Positions 21,158 to 30,271 of a stretch of 64,000 nt of DNA are shown in pieces. Under the pieces are notes generated by a model, which saw only the letters and a program-made list of their open reading frames with translations, was not told the DNA's origin and did no database searches. Positions within the stretch are counted from its first letter, which is position 1. Each line of letters opens with the position of its first letter. The DNA lies in the sequence record SRR20825006_1074, one strand, 5' to 3'. The position numbers were made by a program, and so were the translations under genes.

Positions 21158-21310
21158 CTCATCTATAGGCCGAGGGCACAGAGCGCGCAAATGCTTTAGC
21201 GCCAACGGGTTGGGACAAATGTGCACAATCGCACCATTCCTGCGCTCTCACACCTGTTTGCGCGCGAACCTGGAGTGTTTAGGGTGCACAGGGAACATGA
21301 GGAGGCCCCT

Positions 21311-22285
21311 ATGGGACATTTAAAAGACGGTATCTGGCATGACGAATGGTACGACACATCGAAGTCAGGCGGCCGGTTTGAACGCAGCTCAGCGGGCTTT
21401 CGCAACTGGATCACGCCCGATGGCGCGGCGGGACCCTCCGGCAAGGGTGGGTTTGAGGCCGAGGCCGGGCGCTATCACCTCTATGTCTCTTATGCTTGTC
21501 CGTGGGCCCATCGCACTCTGATTTTTCGGGCGTTAAAAGGCCTCGAAGAGCTGATTTCCGTCTCCGTTGTTCACCCCGATATGCTGAGCGATGGCTGGAC
21601 CTTTGCGCAGGATTTCCCCGGCACCACGGGGGACGCCCTCTTTGGCAAGCCTTTCCTGCGCGATATTTATACCGAAGCCGACCCCGGCCTGTCGGGGCGC
21701 GTTACTGTGCCGATTCTCTGGGACAAAAAACGGGACACGATTGTCTCAAACGAATCCTCTGAAATCATCCGCATGTTCAATTCGGCCTTTGATGCGATCA
21801 CTGGAAACACCCATGATTTCTGGCCCCTCGCCCTGCGTGACGAGATCGAAACGGTAAATGCCCGCATCTATGACACGATCAACAATGGCGTCTATAAGGC
21901 CGGGTTTGCCACCACGCAAAAGGCCTATGACGCCGCCATTGCGCCGCTGTTCGACAGTCTCGATTGGCTCGAAACCCATCTCTCGGAGAATCGCTATCTC
22001 ATGGGAGAGCAGGTGACCGAAGCGGATTGGCGATTGTTCACCACCCTCATCCGGTTTGACAAGGTCTACCACGGCCACTTCAAATGCAACAAACGCATGG
22101 TAAAAGACTACCCCGCCGTTTGGGCCTACACACGCGCGCTTTATCAATGGCCGGGGGTGCGCGAGACGGTGAATTTCGATCATATCGTGCGTCACTATTA
22201 CTATAGCCACGATACGATCAACCCGCATCGGATTGTGCCGGTCACACCGGATTTGGATTTTGATGCGCCGCATGGGCGGGGCTGA
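21311..22285 (+). CDS. glutathionyl-hydroquinone reductase (YqjG/omega-type GST)
   Basis: RYHLYVSYACPWAHR, RVTVPILWD, NESSEI, INNGVYKAGFA; GGAGG SD. Confidence 0.93.
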   Translation: MGHLKDGIWHDEWYDTSKSGGRFERSSAGFRNWITPDGAAGPSGKGGFEAEAGRYHLYVSYACPWAHRTLIFRALKGLEELISVSVVHPDMLSDGWTFAQDFPGTTGDALFGKPFLRDIYTEADPGLSGRVTVPILWDKKRDTIVSNESSEIIRMFNSAFDAITGNTHDFWPLALRDEIETVNARIYDTINNGVYKAGFATTQKAYDAAIAPLFDSLDWLETHLSENRYLMGEQVTEADWRLFTTLIRFDKVYHGHFKCNKRMVKDYPAVWAYTRALYQWPGVRETVNFDHIVRHYYYSHDTINPHRIVPVTPDLDFDAPHGRG

Positions 22286-22306
22286 GACGTCGTTGAAAAC
22301 CGCGCC

Positions 22307-22672
22307 TTACGAGGCCGCTTTGCCGTAATGCTCGACCATGGCCGACAGATCCTCTGGGTCCACCTGTTTGGTGACAAAGGCACAAGCGTTGGCCGCGTGT
22401 TGAAAGATGGAACCGTCCGAGAAAAAACTGGCGTTGGTGGTAAATATCACCCGCGCGCTGGGGCAACGATAATTGGCATAATCTGCGATGGCAAAAGCGG
22501 AGCCATTCTCCAGAACCAAATCCAGAACAATCAGATCCGGGGCCTCTTGTTGCATGTGCGCAATCGCTGCGTCCTGCCCCGACACCAAAACCACCTTCAT
22601 GCCCTGACGCTCAAGATGGCGCATCCAGATCCGCCCTAGGTCCGGGTTACTTTCAACAATCAATACCCGCAT
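22307..22672 (-). CDS. single-domain response regulator (atypical receiver)
   Basis: MRVLIVES...PDLIVLDL...VIFTT...FVTK receiver pattern. Confidence 0.85.
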   Translation of the reverse strand: MRVLIVESNPDLGRIWMRHLERQGMKVVLVSGQDAAIAHMQQEAPDLIVLDLVLENGSAFAIADYANYRCPSARVIFTTNASFFSDGSIFQHAANACAFVTKQVDPEDLSAMVEHYGKAAS

Positions 22673-22856
22673 ACTCTTCCTAAATCGTGACCACCAACTG
22701 AGCGCGTTTCGCACTGGCTACCCGACGTTAAACCTTGTGTAAGACACCCTTACGAACCCTTAAGATCAGGGTCAATCAAAGCCGCCGAAATAAGGGCGTG
22801 GGAAAAAGCTAAGATTTTAACTTGCACTCCGCCCGCGCTAAGGCAAAACAGAGCAC

Positions 22857-23252
22857 ATGACACATAAAGCCCCCACCTGGATCACCATCTGCGAAACCTG
22901 CAAATTGCCCGATTGGGCAGAGCGTGGGATGGATAAGACCGATGGCGAAATTCTGGCCGAAGCGATTGAACAGCGCGCCGCGGCCACCGGGATCAAAACC
23001 CGCCGCGTGGCCTGTACGATGGGCTGTGAACGCGCCTGTAACATCATCGTTCAGGGCGCGGGAAAAATCGGCTATTCCCTTGGAAAGTTTGACGGAAATG
23101 ACGCGGACGCGGAGGCTATCGTAAGCTACGCCACACAACATGCCGCCTCTCCGTCTGGGCAGGTCCCGTTCCGCGACTGGCCGCAAGGCGTCAAGGGTCA
23201 TTTCGTCTCCCGCCACTTGCCACCCCCCACCGATCCCGCCGAGGGCGCATGA
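22857..23252 (+). CDS. DUF1636-type Cys-rich metal-binding protein
   Basis: ITICETC...VACTMGCERAC...GQVP...P pattern; coupled to cobC. Confidence 0.82.
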   Translation: MTHKAPTWITICETCKLPDWAERGMDKTDGEILAEAIEQRAAATGIKTRRVACTMGCERACNIIVQGAGKIGYSLGKFDGNDADAEAIVSYATQHAASPSGQVPFRDWPQGVKGHFVSRHLPPPTDPAEGA

Positions 23253-24184
23253 GCCGGCACCGGGATCATGGTGGCGGTCTAGATGCCGCCGTGGCGCGGT
23301 TCGGCGGCGAGAAATCCGACTGGATCGACCTCTCCACCGGCATCAACCCAACTGCCTATTTGATAGGCGAAATGCCACCCAGTGCTTGGGAAACCTTGCC
23401 CGATGCCGCAGCCCAGGATTCGTTGATCCAAGCGGCGCGTGCCTATTGGAACGTCCCGCGCGGGGCCTCCATTTTGGCCGCACCCGGCGCCTCCGCCCTC
23501 ATCGCCCGCTTGCCTGCGCTCTGGCCCAAAGCCCGCGTCGAGATCAGAACGCCAACCTATAACGAACATGCCGCCGCCTTTGAGGCACATGGCTGGACGT
23601 TGGACGGCACTGACCCGTCTGTTCAGGTCGCCGTTCATCCCAACAACCCGGACGGGCGGCTTTGGCGTGCGGATGAATTGACCGCGCCAATCACGATCAT
23701 CGACGAAAGTTTTTGCGATGTGATGCCAGAGAAGAGCCATATTGAGCGCGTCACCGATGGGCGCACGATTGTACTCAAAAGTTTTGGCAAATTCTGGGGG
23801 CTGGCCGGTCTGCGGCTTGGCTTTGCCATTGGTGCGCCGGAGTGGATCAATCGCCTTTCGACCCTCACCGGCCCTTGGGCGGTTTCCGGCCCGGCGCTTG
23901 CGATTGGCACAAGGGCACTGAATGACCCGGATTGGGCGTTGCAGACACGGATCAATTTGGCACAGTCTTCGGCAAGAATGGACGATCTCATGCAAAATAA
24001 AGGCGCTAAATTGATTGGTGGGACAGATCTATTCCGTCTCTATGAGGTCGACAATGCCCGTGCCTTTCAGGATCATTTGGCCAAAGGTCGGGTTTGGTCG
24101 CGCATCTTTCCCTATTCCGACACTTGGGTCCGCCTCGGTCTGCCCGCCCCGGACCGTTGGGATCAATTTGAGGCCGCACTGTGA
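23249..24184 (+). CDS. cobC: threonine-phosphate decarboxylase (CobC in aerobic-pathway naming, CobD in Salmonella)
   Basis: DHGGGL, WIDLSTGINP, HPNNPDG, IDESF, KSFGKFWGLAGLRLG. Confidence 0.92.
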   Translation: MSRHRDHGGGLDAAVARFGGEKSDWIDLSTGINPTAYLIGEMPPSAWETLPDAAAQDSLIQAARAYWNVPRGASILAAPGASALIARLPALWPKARVEIRTPTYNEHAAAFEAHGWTLDGTDPSVQVAVHPNNPDGRLWRADELTAPITIIDESFCDVMPEKSHIERVTDGRTIVLKSFGKFWGLAGLRLGFAIGAPEWINRLSTLTGPWAVSGPALAIGTRALNDPDWALQTRINLAQSSARMDDLMQNKGAKLIGGTDLFRLYEVDNARAFQDHLAKGRVWSRIFPYSDTWVRLGLPAPDRWDQFEAAL

Positions 24185-25086
24185 CCACGGCTTTTGCGCT
24201 GTCTCTGGCTATGATCCTTGATGCGCTTATGGGCGAACCGAAATGGCTTTGGGACCGCCTGCCCCATCCTGCGGTGTTGATTGGCCGCCTCATTGGTTGG
24301 GCAGATCGGCGGATGAACCATGGGGATCGACGCAAGGCCAAAGGCGTGGCTTTGCTTCTTTCTTTGGTGGTGGGCAGTGGGGTTCTTGGTCTCATTCTGG
24401 ACCAAATCCCCTTTGTAGACATCCTCTTGGGCGCAATTCTTTTGGCCCATAAATCATTAATCCAACATGTCAAAGCGGTGGCGCGCGCGCTTGACACCTC
24501 ACTTGAGGCTGGTCGCGCGTCTGTGGCGATGATCGTTGGGCGCGACACAACCGACATGGACACACCCGCCGTGTCCCGCGCCGCCATCGAATCCGCCGCT
24601 GAAAATTTCTCAGACGGTGTGATCGCCCCCGCGTTTTGGTTTTTGCTGCTCGGCCTACCCGGCATCCTGATCTACAAAGCCGTCAACACCGCCGACAGCA
24701 TGATCGGCTATCGCACCGATCGGCATCGCGATTTCGGCTGGGCCTCGGCCCGGTGTGACGATCTTCTAAACCTGATCCCAGCGCGGCTCACCGCTGTGTT
24801 GCTGTTCCCATGGGGCAAGCCTTTGTCGCTTTGGCGGAGCATTACCACGGAGGCGCGTCGCCATCGCTCGCCCAATGCCGGTTGGCCCGAAGCCGCCCTG
24901 TCGCGCAGTCTGGGCGTGGCGCTTTCCGGTCCGCGCGCCTATCACGGCGAGATGCGTGACTACCCGTGGGTCAATCCAGACGGGCGCCCCAACGCCACTC
25001 CGCGCGACATCGACATGGCCTACGCCCGTCTTTGGACCGCTTGGGCCTTTACTCTCGTCTGCGTCATCACGCTGTCATTTGCGTAA
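24181..25086 (+). CDS. cobD: adenosylcobinamide-phosphate synthase (CobD/CbiB)
   Basis: HPAV, VGRDT, IESAAENFSDG, YKAVNTADSMIGY, SPNAGWPEAA. Confidence 0.95.
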   Translation: MTTAFALSLAMILDALMGEPKWLWDRLPHPAVLIGRLIGWADRRMNHGDRRKAKGVALLLSLVVGSGVLGLILDQIPFVDILLGAILLAHKSLIQHVKAVARALDTSLEAGRASVAMIVGRDTTDMDTPAVSRAAIESAAENFSDGVIAPAFWFLLLGLPGILIYKAVNTADSMIGYRTDRHRDFGWASARCDDLLNLIPARLTAVLLFPWGKPLSLWRSITTEARRHRSPNAGWPEAALSRSLGVALSGPRAYHGEMRDYPWVNPDGRPNATPRDIDMAYARLWTAWAFTLVCVITLSFA

Positions 25087-25137
25087 CTTGCGCCTGATCG
25101 CTATCGTGGCGCACAACTCAATGTAAAAGGTAAACCC

Positions 25138-26310
25138 ATGCGTTTTCTGAGCCTTGCTCTTGCCCTGACCTTCACCGCCCCTGCCGTCGCTGACGTCCCC
25201 TGCGGCGGGTCATTTCCCTCCTTTGTCGGTAAAATAAAATCCGAAGCCCTGTCCAAAGGCTATGACAAAGCCACGGTGGATCGGTTTTTCGCCTCCGCCC
25301 AGCAGACCCAATCGGTGCTCAAAGCCGACCGCGCTCAGGGGTTTTTCCAAAAGCCGTTCATCGACTTTTCCCGCGCCGTGATCAGCCAAAACCGCATCGA
25401 CAATGGCCGCAAATATTCGCAGCAATACAATGCCACCTTTGACCGCATCGCCCGCGACTACGGCGTCTCACGCGGCGTACTTTTGGCATTTTGGGCGCTG
25501 GAAACCGACTTTGGCCAGGTGCAGGGCGATTTTAACACGCTGAATGCGCTGATGACTTTGGGGCACGATTGTCGTCGTCCCGAATTGTTCCAACCGCAAA
25601 TTCTGGCCGCACTTGAGCTTTACAAACATGGCGATTTCGACCCGACCACGACCAAAGGTGCCTGGGCCGGCGAAATCGGCATGGTGCAAATGTTGCCGAA
25701 AGACATCCTGCAAAACGGTGTAGATGGCGATGGTGACGGCCATGTCCGCCTGAAAACCTCGGCTCCTGATGCGTTGATGTCGGGTGCGAAAATGCTCAAA
25801 CATTTGGGCTGGCGGGCGAATGAGCCGTGGCTGCAAGAGATTATTGTACCTGCCGATCTCGATTGGTCCAAAACCGGGCTCAACCACAAAATGACCGTGG
25901 CACAATGGGCAAAGCTCGGCGTCAAACCCCGCGCTGGATCGCTTGGGGCCTCGTCGCTTCAGGCCTCTGTTCTGCTCCCGATGGGGCGCAAAGGCCCGGC
26001 ATTTCTCGCCTATCCGAATTTCGAGGTCTATTTTGAGTGGAACAAGAGCTTTGTCTATGTGACCACTGCGGCCTATTTTGCCGCCCGCCTCGAAGGCGCA
26101 CCAGTCTACAATGCGGGATCGCCTGAGACCGGATTATCCGATGGGCAAATGAAGCAGCTGCAACAAAAACTGCAAAGCCGGGGCCATGACGTGGGCGGCG
26201 TCGATGGCATTTTGGGTGAAAAGACCCGCGAGGCCGTACAGAAGGAGCAAGTGCGCCTTGGGATGCCCGCCGATGCCTGGCCGACGCCCGCGCTGCTGGG
26301 CAAGCTCTGA
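25138..26310 (+). CDS. lytic murein transglycosylase (MltB/SltB family) with C-terminal PG-binding domain
   Basis: FWALETDFG, GAWAGEIGMVQMLP, DGDGDG, DGILGEKTREAV. Confidence 0.92.
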   Translation: MRFLSLALALTFTAPAVADVPCGGSFPSFVGKIKSEALSKGYDKATVDRFFASAQQTQSVLKADRAQGFFQKPFIDFSRAVISQNRIDNGRKYSQQYNATFDRIARDYGVSRGVLLAFWALETDFGQVQGDFNTLNALMTLGHDCRRPELFQPQILAALELYKHGDFDPTTTKGAWAGEIGMVQMLPKDILQNGVDGDGDGHVRLKTSAPDALMSGAKMLKHLGWRANEPWLQEIIVPADLDWSKTGLNHKMTVAQWAKLGVKPRAGSLGASSLQASVLLPMGRKGPAFLAYPNFEVYFEWNKSFVYVTTAAYFAARLEGAPVYNAGSPETGLSDGQMKQLQQKLQSRGHDVGGVDGILGEKTREAVQKEQVRLGMPADAWPTPALLGKL

Positions 26311-26358
26311 TCCTATAAATATTAAATATCTAAAAATCGGCTTTGGTCGCCATAAGCA

Positions 26359-29300
26359 TCAAGCGACCAAAGCTTCTGCCTTTTTCAAATCCACCGACAC
26401 AAGCTGGCTCACACCCTGTTCTTGCATGGTCACACCAAACAGACGATCCATCCGCGCCATTGTGACGGCGTGGTGGGTGATGACCAAAAACCGCGTGTCG
26501 GTGCGTTGGGTCATCTCGTCCAACATATCGCAAAACCGCGTGACGTTCGCATCGTCCAAAGGCGCATCGACCTCGTCCAACACACAGATCGGGGCCGGGT
26601 TGGCCATGAACACCGCAAAGATCAGCGCGAGGGCCGTAAGCGTCTGTTCCCCACCTGACAGAAGCGACAAGGTCGACAATTTCTTGCCCGGCGGCTGGCA
26701 CATGATCTCAAGCCCGGCCTCCAGCGGATCGTCGCTTTCCACCATCATCAACTTGGCCTCGCCGCCGCCAAACAGATGGGTGAACAGCATCGAAAAATTC
26801 TCGTTCACCTGTTCAAACGCAGTCAAAAGACGTTCGCGCCCTTCGCGATTCAGCGAGGCAATCCCCGCGCGCAGGGTCTTGATCGCTTCTTCCAAGTCTT
26901 GCTTTTCGCTCACCAAACTGTCGTGCTCTTCGCGGACCTCCAAAGCGTCTTCTTCGGCCCGAAGGTTCACCGCCCCAAGGCTTTCGCGCAGGCGTTTGAG
27001 GCGGTTCACATCGACCTCAATCGCTTCATGCGGCGGGATCGTGTCGGGATCAACGTCCAGCTCCTCAAGCAGCGCAACGGGTGTGCTGTCCAACTCCTCG
27101 CGGATGCGTTCGACCGCCGCATCAACCATCTCGCGCGCGGCATCCCGACGCGCCTCGGAGGCCGCGCGGATTTCTCGCGCTTCCGAGGCCACACGTTCCG
27201 CATCGCGTTCGGTTGTCACCGCATCGCGCAGCGCGGTTTCGCCGGACGCCAGAGCATCAGAAGCCTGCTGCCGACGGCTCTCGGCCTCGGCAATTTGTTC
27301 CAAAAGCGCCTCGCGTTTCTCAGCGATGTCCTCGGGTTGCGCCGATGCCTCAAACAGTTCCTCCTCAGAGGTCTCCTTGCGCGCCTGAAGCTCCGCCACC
27401 CGTTTCCCCGCGGTTTCAAGACGGTGCCGCCAACCAGACAACTCCTTGGTCACCTCTTGCGAGCGCCGGGTGCGCGCCTCGCCTTCGCGGCGGATCTCGT
27501 CATGTGACGAGCGTTTCGTCATCATGGTGATCCGCGCCGCTTCAACCGCGAGTTTGACCTCTTCGATATCTGAGCGCGCCGCACTCAGGTCCGGCAATTC
27601 CGACACGGTTTTTTCCGCCTCGCGCAACCGGACCTCTGCGCCGCGCGCATCCTCTTCGTGGCGGGACACGGCCAACCCGAGGTTCTCGACCTTGCCCTCG
27701 GCCAAGGTGCGGTCATTCTCGGCACGAGACAACGCCCGCGCCGCCTCGGACAGGGCGCGGTCTGCGGCACGGCGGGCTTCACGGGCGGCGTGGTCGGCCT
27801 CGCTCAACCGTGTCAATTCCGCCTTCAAATGCTCATGCGCCTGCCGCGCACCTGCCGCCTTGGCTTCGGCCGCCACGAGGTCCTGTTTGAACCCTTCCAA
27901 ACGATTGAGTTGTTGCAGACGCAAAGCCGCGGTTGAGGGCGCATCCTCGGCCCCGGCACGATAGCCATCCCAGCGCCACAGGTCGCCCTCGACCGACACC
28001 AAGCGTTGTCCCGGCTCCAAATCGGCCTGAAGACGCGGGCCATCTTCGGCGCGCACAAGACCGATCTGCGACAAGCGCCGCGACAGAACCCCAGGAGCAG
28101 TGACATAATCGCTGAGGGGTTCCACACCGTAAGGCAGGTCCTGTTCATCCGCATAGTCCGGCAAGGTGACCCAACCGGAAGCTTGATAAGCCTCAATCGC
28201 GGGTTGGCGCAAATCATCCGACAGGGCGGCACCCAGCGCCTTTTCATAGCCAGAAGTCACGCGAATCAGATCAAGCACCTGCGTCCCCGCAGTCTGATCA
28301 CGATCGAGCATCCGTCCCAAAGCCAGAACTTCGGCCTTGAGGGCACCCACCTCGCCTTCCGCCTCGGACCGCGCCGCACGCGCCGAGGATTCGCGGGTCT
28401 GCGCTTCGGTCCGCGCCTCATCCGCCTCAATCAACGCCGCCTCGGTGTATTCCGCCCGCTCGCTGGCCTCGGCTTGTGCCTCCTCAGCCGTAGCCAACGC
28501 ATCCGCTGAACGAAACAGCGTCGATTTCGCGTCTTCAACAGCCGCTTTGGCCCGGTCCGCATCGCCACGCGCCCGTTCCAAGGTCTTGCGATTGTCCTCG
28601 ACCAAACGGTTTGCGGATTGATGACGCGCGGCCAGCCGGGCGACATCTTCGGTCATTTCGGTCAGCGTGGTTTCACGATCCGCCAGGATTTGACTGGCCT
28701 CGGACGCCTCCGCACTCGATTGTGTCAGACGAGGACCATGCCCCTCGGAGGCCTTGATCAGTTCCTTTTGCTCCCATTCAAGCCGCGCAATGGTTTCAAC
28801 CGCATCGCGGTTGAGTTGCTCTTCGCGGGCCATGTCGGCGACCAATTGATCAATCCGGCGGGCCAGAGTTTCGATCATATCGCGGGCGCGTTTTTCCTCA
28901 TCGGCCAGTTGATCGCGCGACACGGTGAGCCGCTGCAATACGGCACTGGCGATAGCCTCTTCTTCGCGAAGCGGCGGCAGGGCCAACTCTCTGGATTCGC
29001 GCTGTTTTCCGGCATCACGCGCGAGGCGTTCGGCCTCAGACGCCTGTTTGAGACGGATGCGCAACACATCCTCGGCCTCAACGCGGGCGTGGTCGGCATC
29101 GCGCCACCGGCGATAGTACAAAAGCCCCTCGGCCTGACGCAACTCAATACCGATCTCACGATAGCGCGCCGCCTGTCGCGCCTGACGCGCCAGTGAGGCC
29201 AATTGCGCCGCAAGCTGTTCAATCACATCATCGACGCGGGCCAAATTGGTTTCCGCGCCTTTGAGCTTCAACTCGGCCTCATGGCGCCGCTGATAGAGGC

Positions 29301-29814
29301 CGGAAATCCCCGCCGCTTCCTCAAGGATGCGCCGTCGCGAGGTTGGTTTGGCGTTGATCAATTCGGAAATCTGACCCTGACGCACCAGCGCCGGAGAATG
29401 CGCGCCGGTGGAGGCATCGGCGAACAACATCGACACATCGCGCGCCCGCACGTCCTTGGTGTTGACCTTATAGGCGGACCCTGCGTCGCGGGTGATCCGG
29501 CGAATGATTTCAACCGTGTCGCTCTCATTAAATCCAGAGGGGGCGAGGCGATCCGAGTTGTCGATCATCAACATGACTTCGGCGAAATTGCGCGCCGGGC
29601 GAGAGGCCGCGCCGGCAAAAATCACGTCTTCCATCCCCGCCCCGCGCATCGCCTTGGGACGGGTTTCCCCCATGACCCAGCGCAGCGCCTCAAGCAGATT
29701 GGATTTGCCACAACCATTCGGCCCGACAACCCCCGTCAGCCCATCCGCGATCACAAGATCGGTGGGGTCAACAAAACTTTTAAAGCCGTTGAGACGCAGG
29801 CGGGTGAAACGCAA
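26359..29814 (-). CDS. smc: chromosome segregation protein SMC
   Basis: GFKSF, GPNGCGKSN (Walker A), coiled coils with hinge, LSGGEQ, LDEVDAPLD. TTG 29814 with GAGG SD. Confidence 0.97.
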   Translation of the reverse strand: MRFTRLRLNGFKSFVDPTDLVIADGLTGVVGPNGCGKSNLLEALRWVMGETRPKAMRGAGMEDVIFAGAASRPARNFAEVMLMIDNSDRLAPSGFNESDTVEIIRRITRDAGSAYKVNTKDVRARDVSMLFADASTGAHSPALVRQGQISELINAKPTSRRRILEEAAGISGLYQRRHEAELKLKGAETNLARVDDVIEQLAAQLASLARQARQAARYREIGIELRQAEGLLYYRRWRDADHARVEAEDVLRIRLKQASEAERLARDAGKQRESRELALPPLREEEAIASAVLQRLTVSRDQLADEEKRARDMIETLARRIDQLVADMAREEQLNRDAVETIARLEWEQKELIKASEGHGPRLTQSSAEASEASQILADRETTLTEMTEDVARLAARHQSANRLVEDNRKTLERARGDADRAKAAVEDAKSTLFRSADALATAEEAQAEASERAEYTEAALIEADEARTEAQTRESSARAARSEAEGEVGALKAEVLALGRMLDRDQTAGTQVLDLIRVTSGYEKALGAALSDDLRQPAIEAYQASGWVTLPDYADEQDLPYGVEPLSDYVTAPGVLSRRLSQIGLVRAEDGPRLQADLEPGQRLVSVEGDLWRWDGYRAGAEDAPSTAALRLQQLNRLEGFKQDLVAAEAKAAGARQAHEHLKAELTRLSEADHAAREARRAADRALSEAARALSRAENDRTLAEGKVENLGLAVSRHEEDARGAEVRLREAEKTVSELPDLSAARSDIEEVKLAVEAARITMMTKRSSHDEIRREGEARTRRSQEVTKELSGWRHRLETAGKRVAELQARKETSEEELFEASAQPEDIAEKREALLEQIAEAESRRQQASDALASGETALRDAVTTERDAERVASEAREIRAASEARRDAAREMVDAAVERIREELDSTPVALLEELDVDPDTIPPHEAIEVDVNRLKRLRESLGAVNLRAEEDALEVREEHDSLVSEKQDLEEAIKTLRAGIASLNREGRERLLTAFEQVNENFSMLFTHLFGGGEAKLMMVESDDPLEAGLEIMCQPPGKKLSTLSLLSGGEQTLTALALIFAVFMANPAPICVLDEVDAPLDDANVTRFCDMLDEMTQRTDTRFLVITHHAVTMARMDRLFGVTMQEQGVSQLVSVDLKKAEALVA

Positions 29815-29838
29815 ATGGGGCCTCGGAGTTGATTCCTT

Positions 29839-29847
29839 TGTGGATAA
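29839..29847 (-). promoter_or_regulatory. DnaA box (perfect TTATCCACA on minus strand)
   Basis: TGTGGATAA on +, just downstream of a TTGACA-N17-AACAGT minus-strand promoter for smc. Confidence 0.75.
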
Positions 29848-29885
29848 AACTGTTTGGGACTGCGACGGATGTGTCAACCGGGTGA

Positions 29886-29932
29886 CACCGACATCTGGGC
29901 GAAACACCCAAGTTATCCACAAAATATTGCGG
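29886..29932. promoter_or_regulatory. tandem NrdR-like boxes
   Basis: Cores CgAcATcTgG (29889) and CaAaATaTtG (29920) match C-N-A-N-A-T-N-T-N-G and are 31 bp apart. Confidence 0.55.
29913..29921 (+). promoter_or_regulatory. DnaA box (perfect TTATCCACA)
   Basis: Exact 9-mer, inverted relative to the box at 29839. Confidence 0.72.
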
Positions 29933-30024
29933 TTTGGTGCTCACCTTCTCTGCGCATAGCCATAGAAAGTCTATGCAGAAGGTTAAAGCACTTGACCCAA
30001 CACAAGCCAATGCGCCAAATAGGG

Positions 30025-30226
30025 GCGTTATGGTTCCCCATCACGACGCCAAGCGTTTAGGGGAGAAATGGGAATGTGGTGCGCGAGACCCAAATCGGGG
30101 CGCAAAACCACAGCCGCCCCCGCGACTGTAAGCGGTGAGTGCCCGTCGACATGCCACTGGAACACCCTGTTCTGGGAAGGTGACGAAGGCGCTTTGACCC
30201 GCGAGCCAGGAAACCTGCCGTGACCT
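30025..30226 (+). ncRNA. cobalamin (AdoCbl) riboswitch
   Basis: GGGAATGTGGTG...AAAACCACAGCCGCCCCCGCGACTGTAAGCGG...GCCACTG...GGGAAGG...GAGCCAGGAAACCTGCC (B12 box); P1 GTTATGG/CCGTGAC; upstream of a cobalt transporter. Confidence 0.95.
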
Positions 30227-30271
30227 CATACCAACCCGCCGTCGGGGATGACGGCCTAGGAGGACTTGTCG

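Noticed and set aside
29830-29990. Replication origin
   Set aside because: Only two DnaA boxes, no clear AT-rich unwinding element and no origin-typical neighbouring genes; better explained as promoter control.
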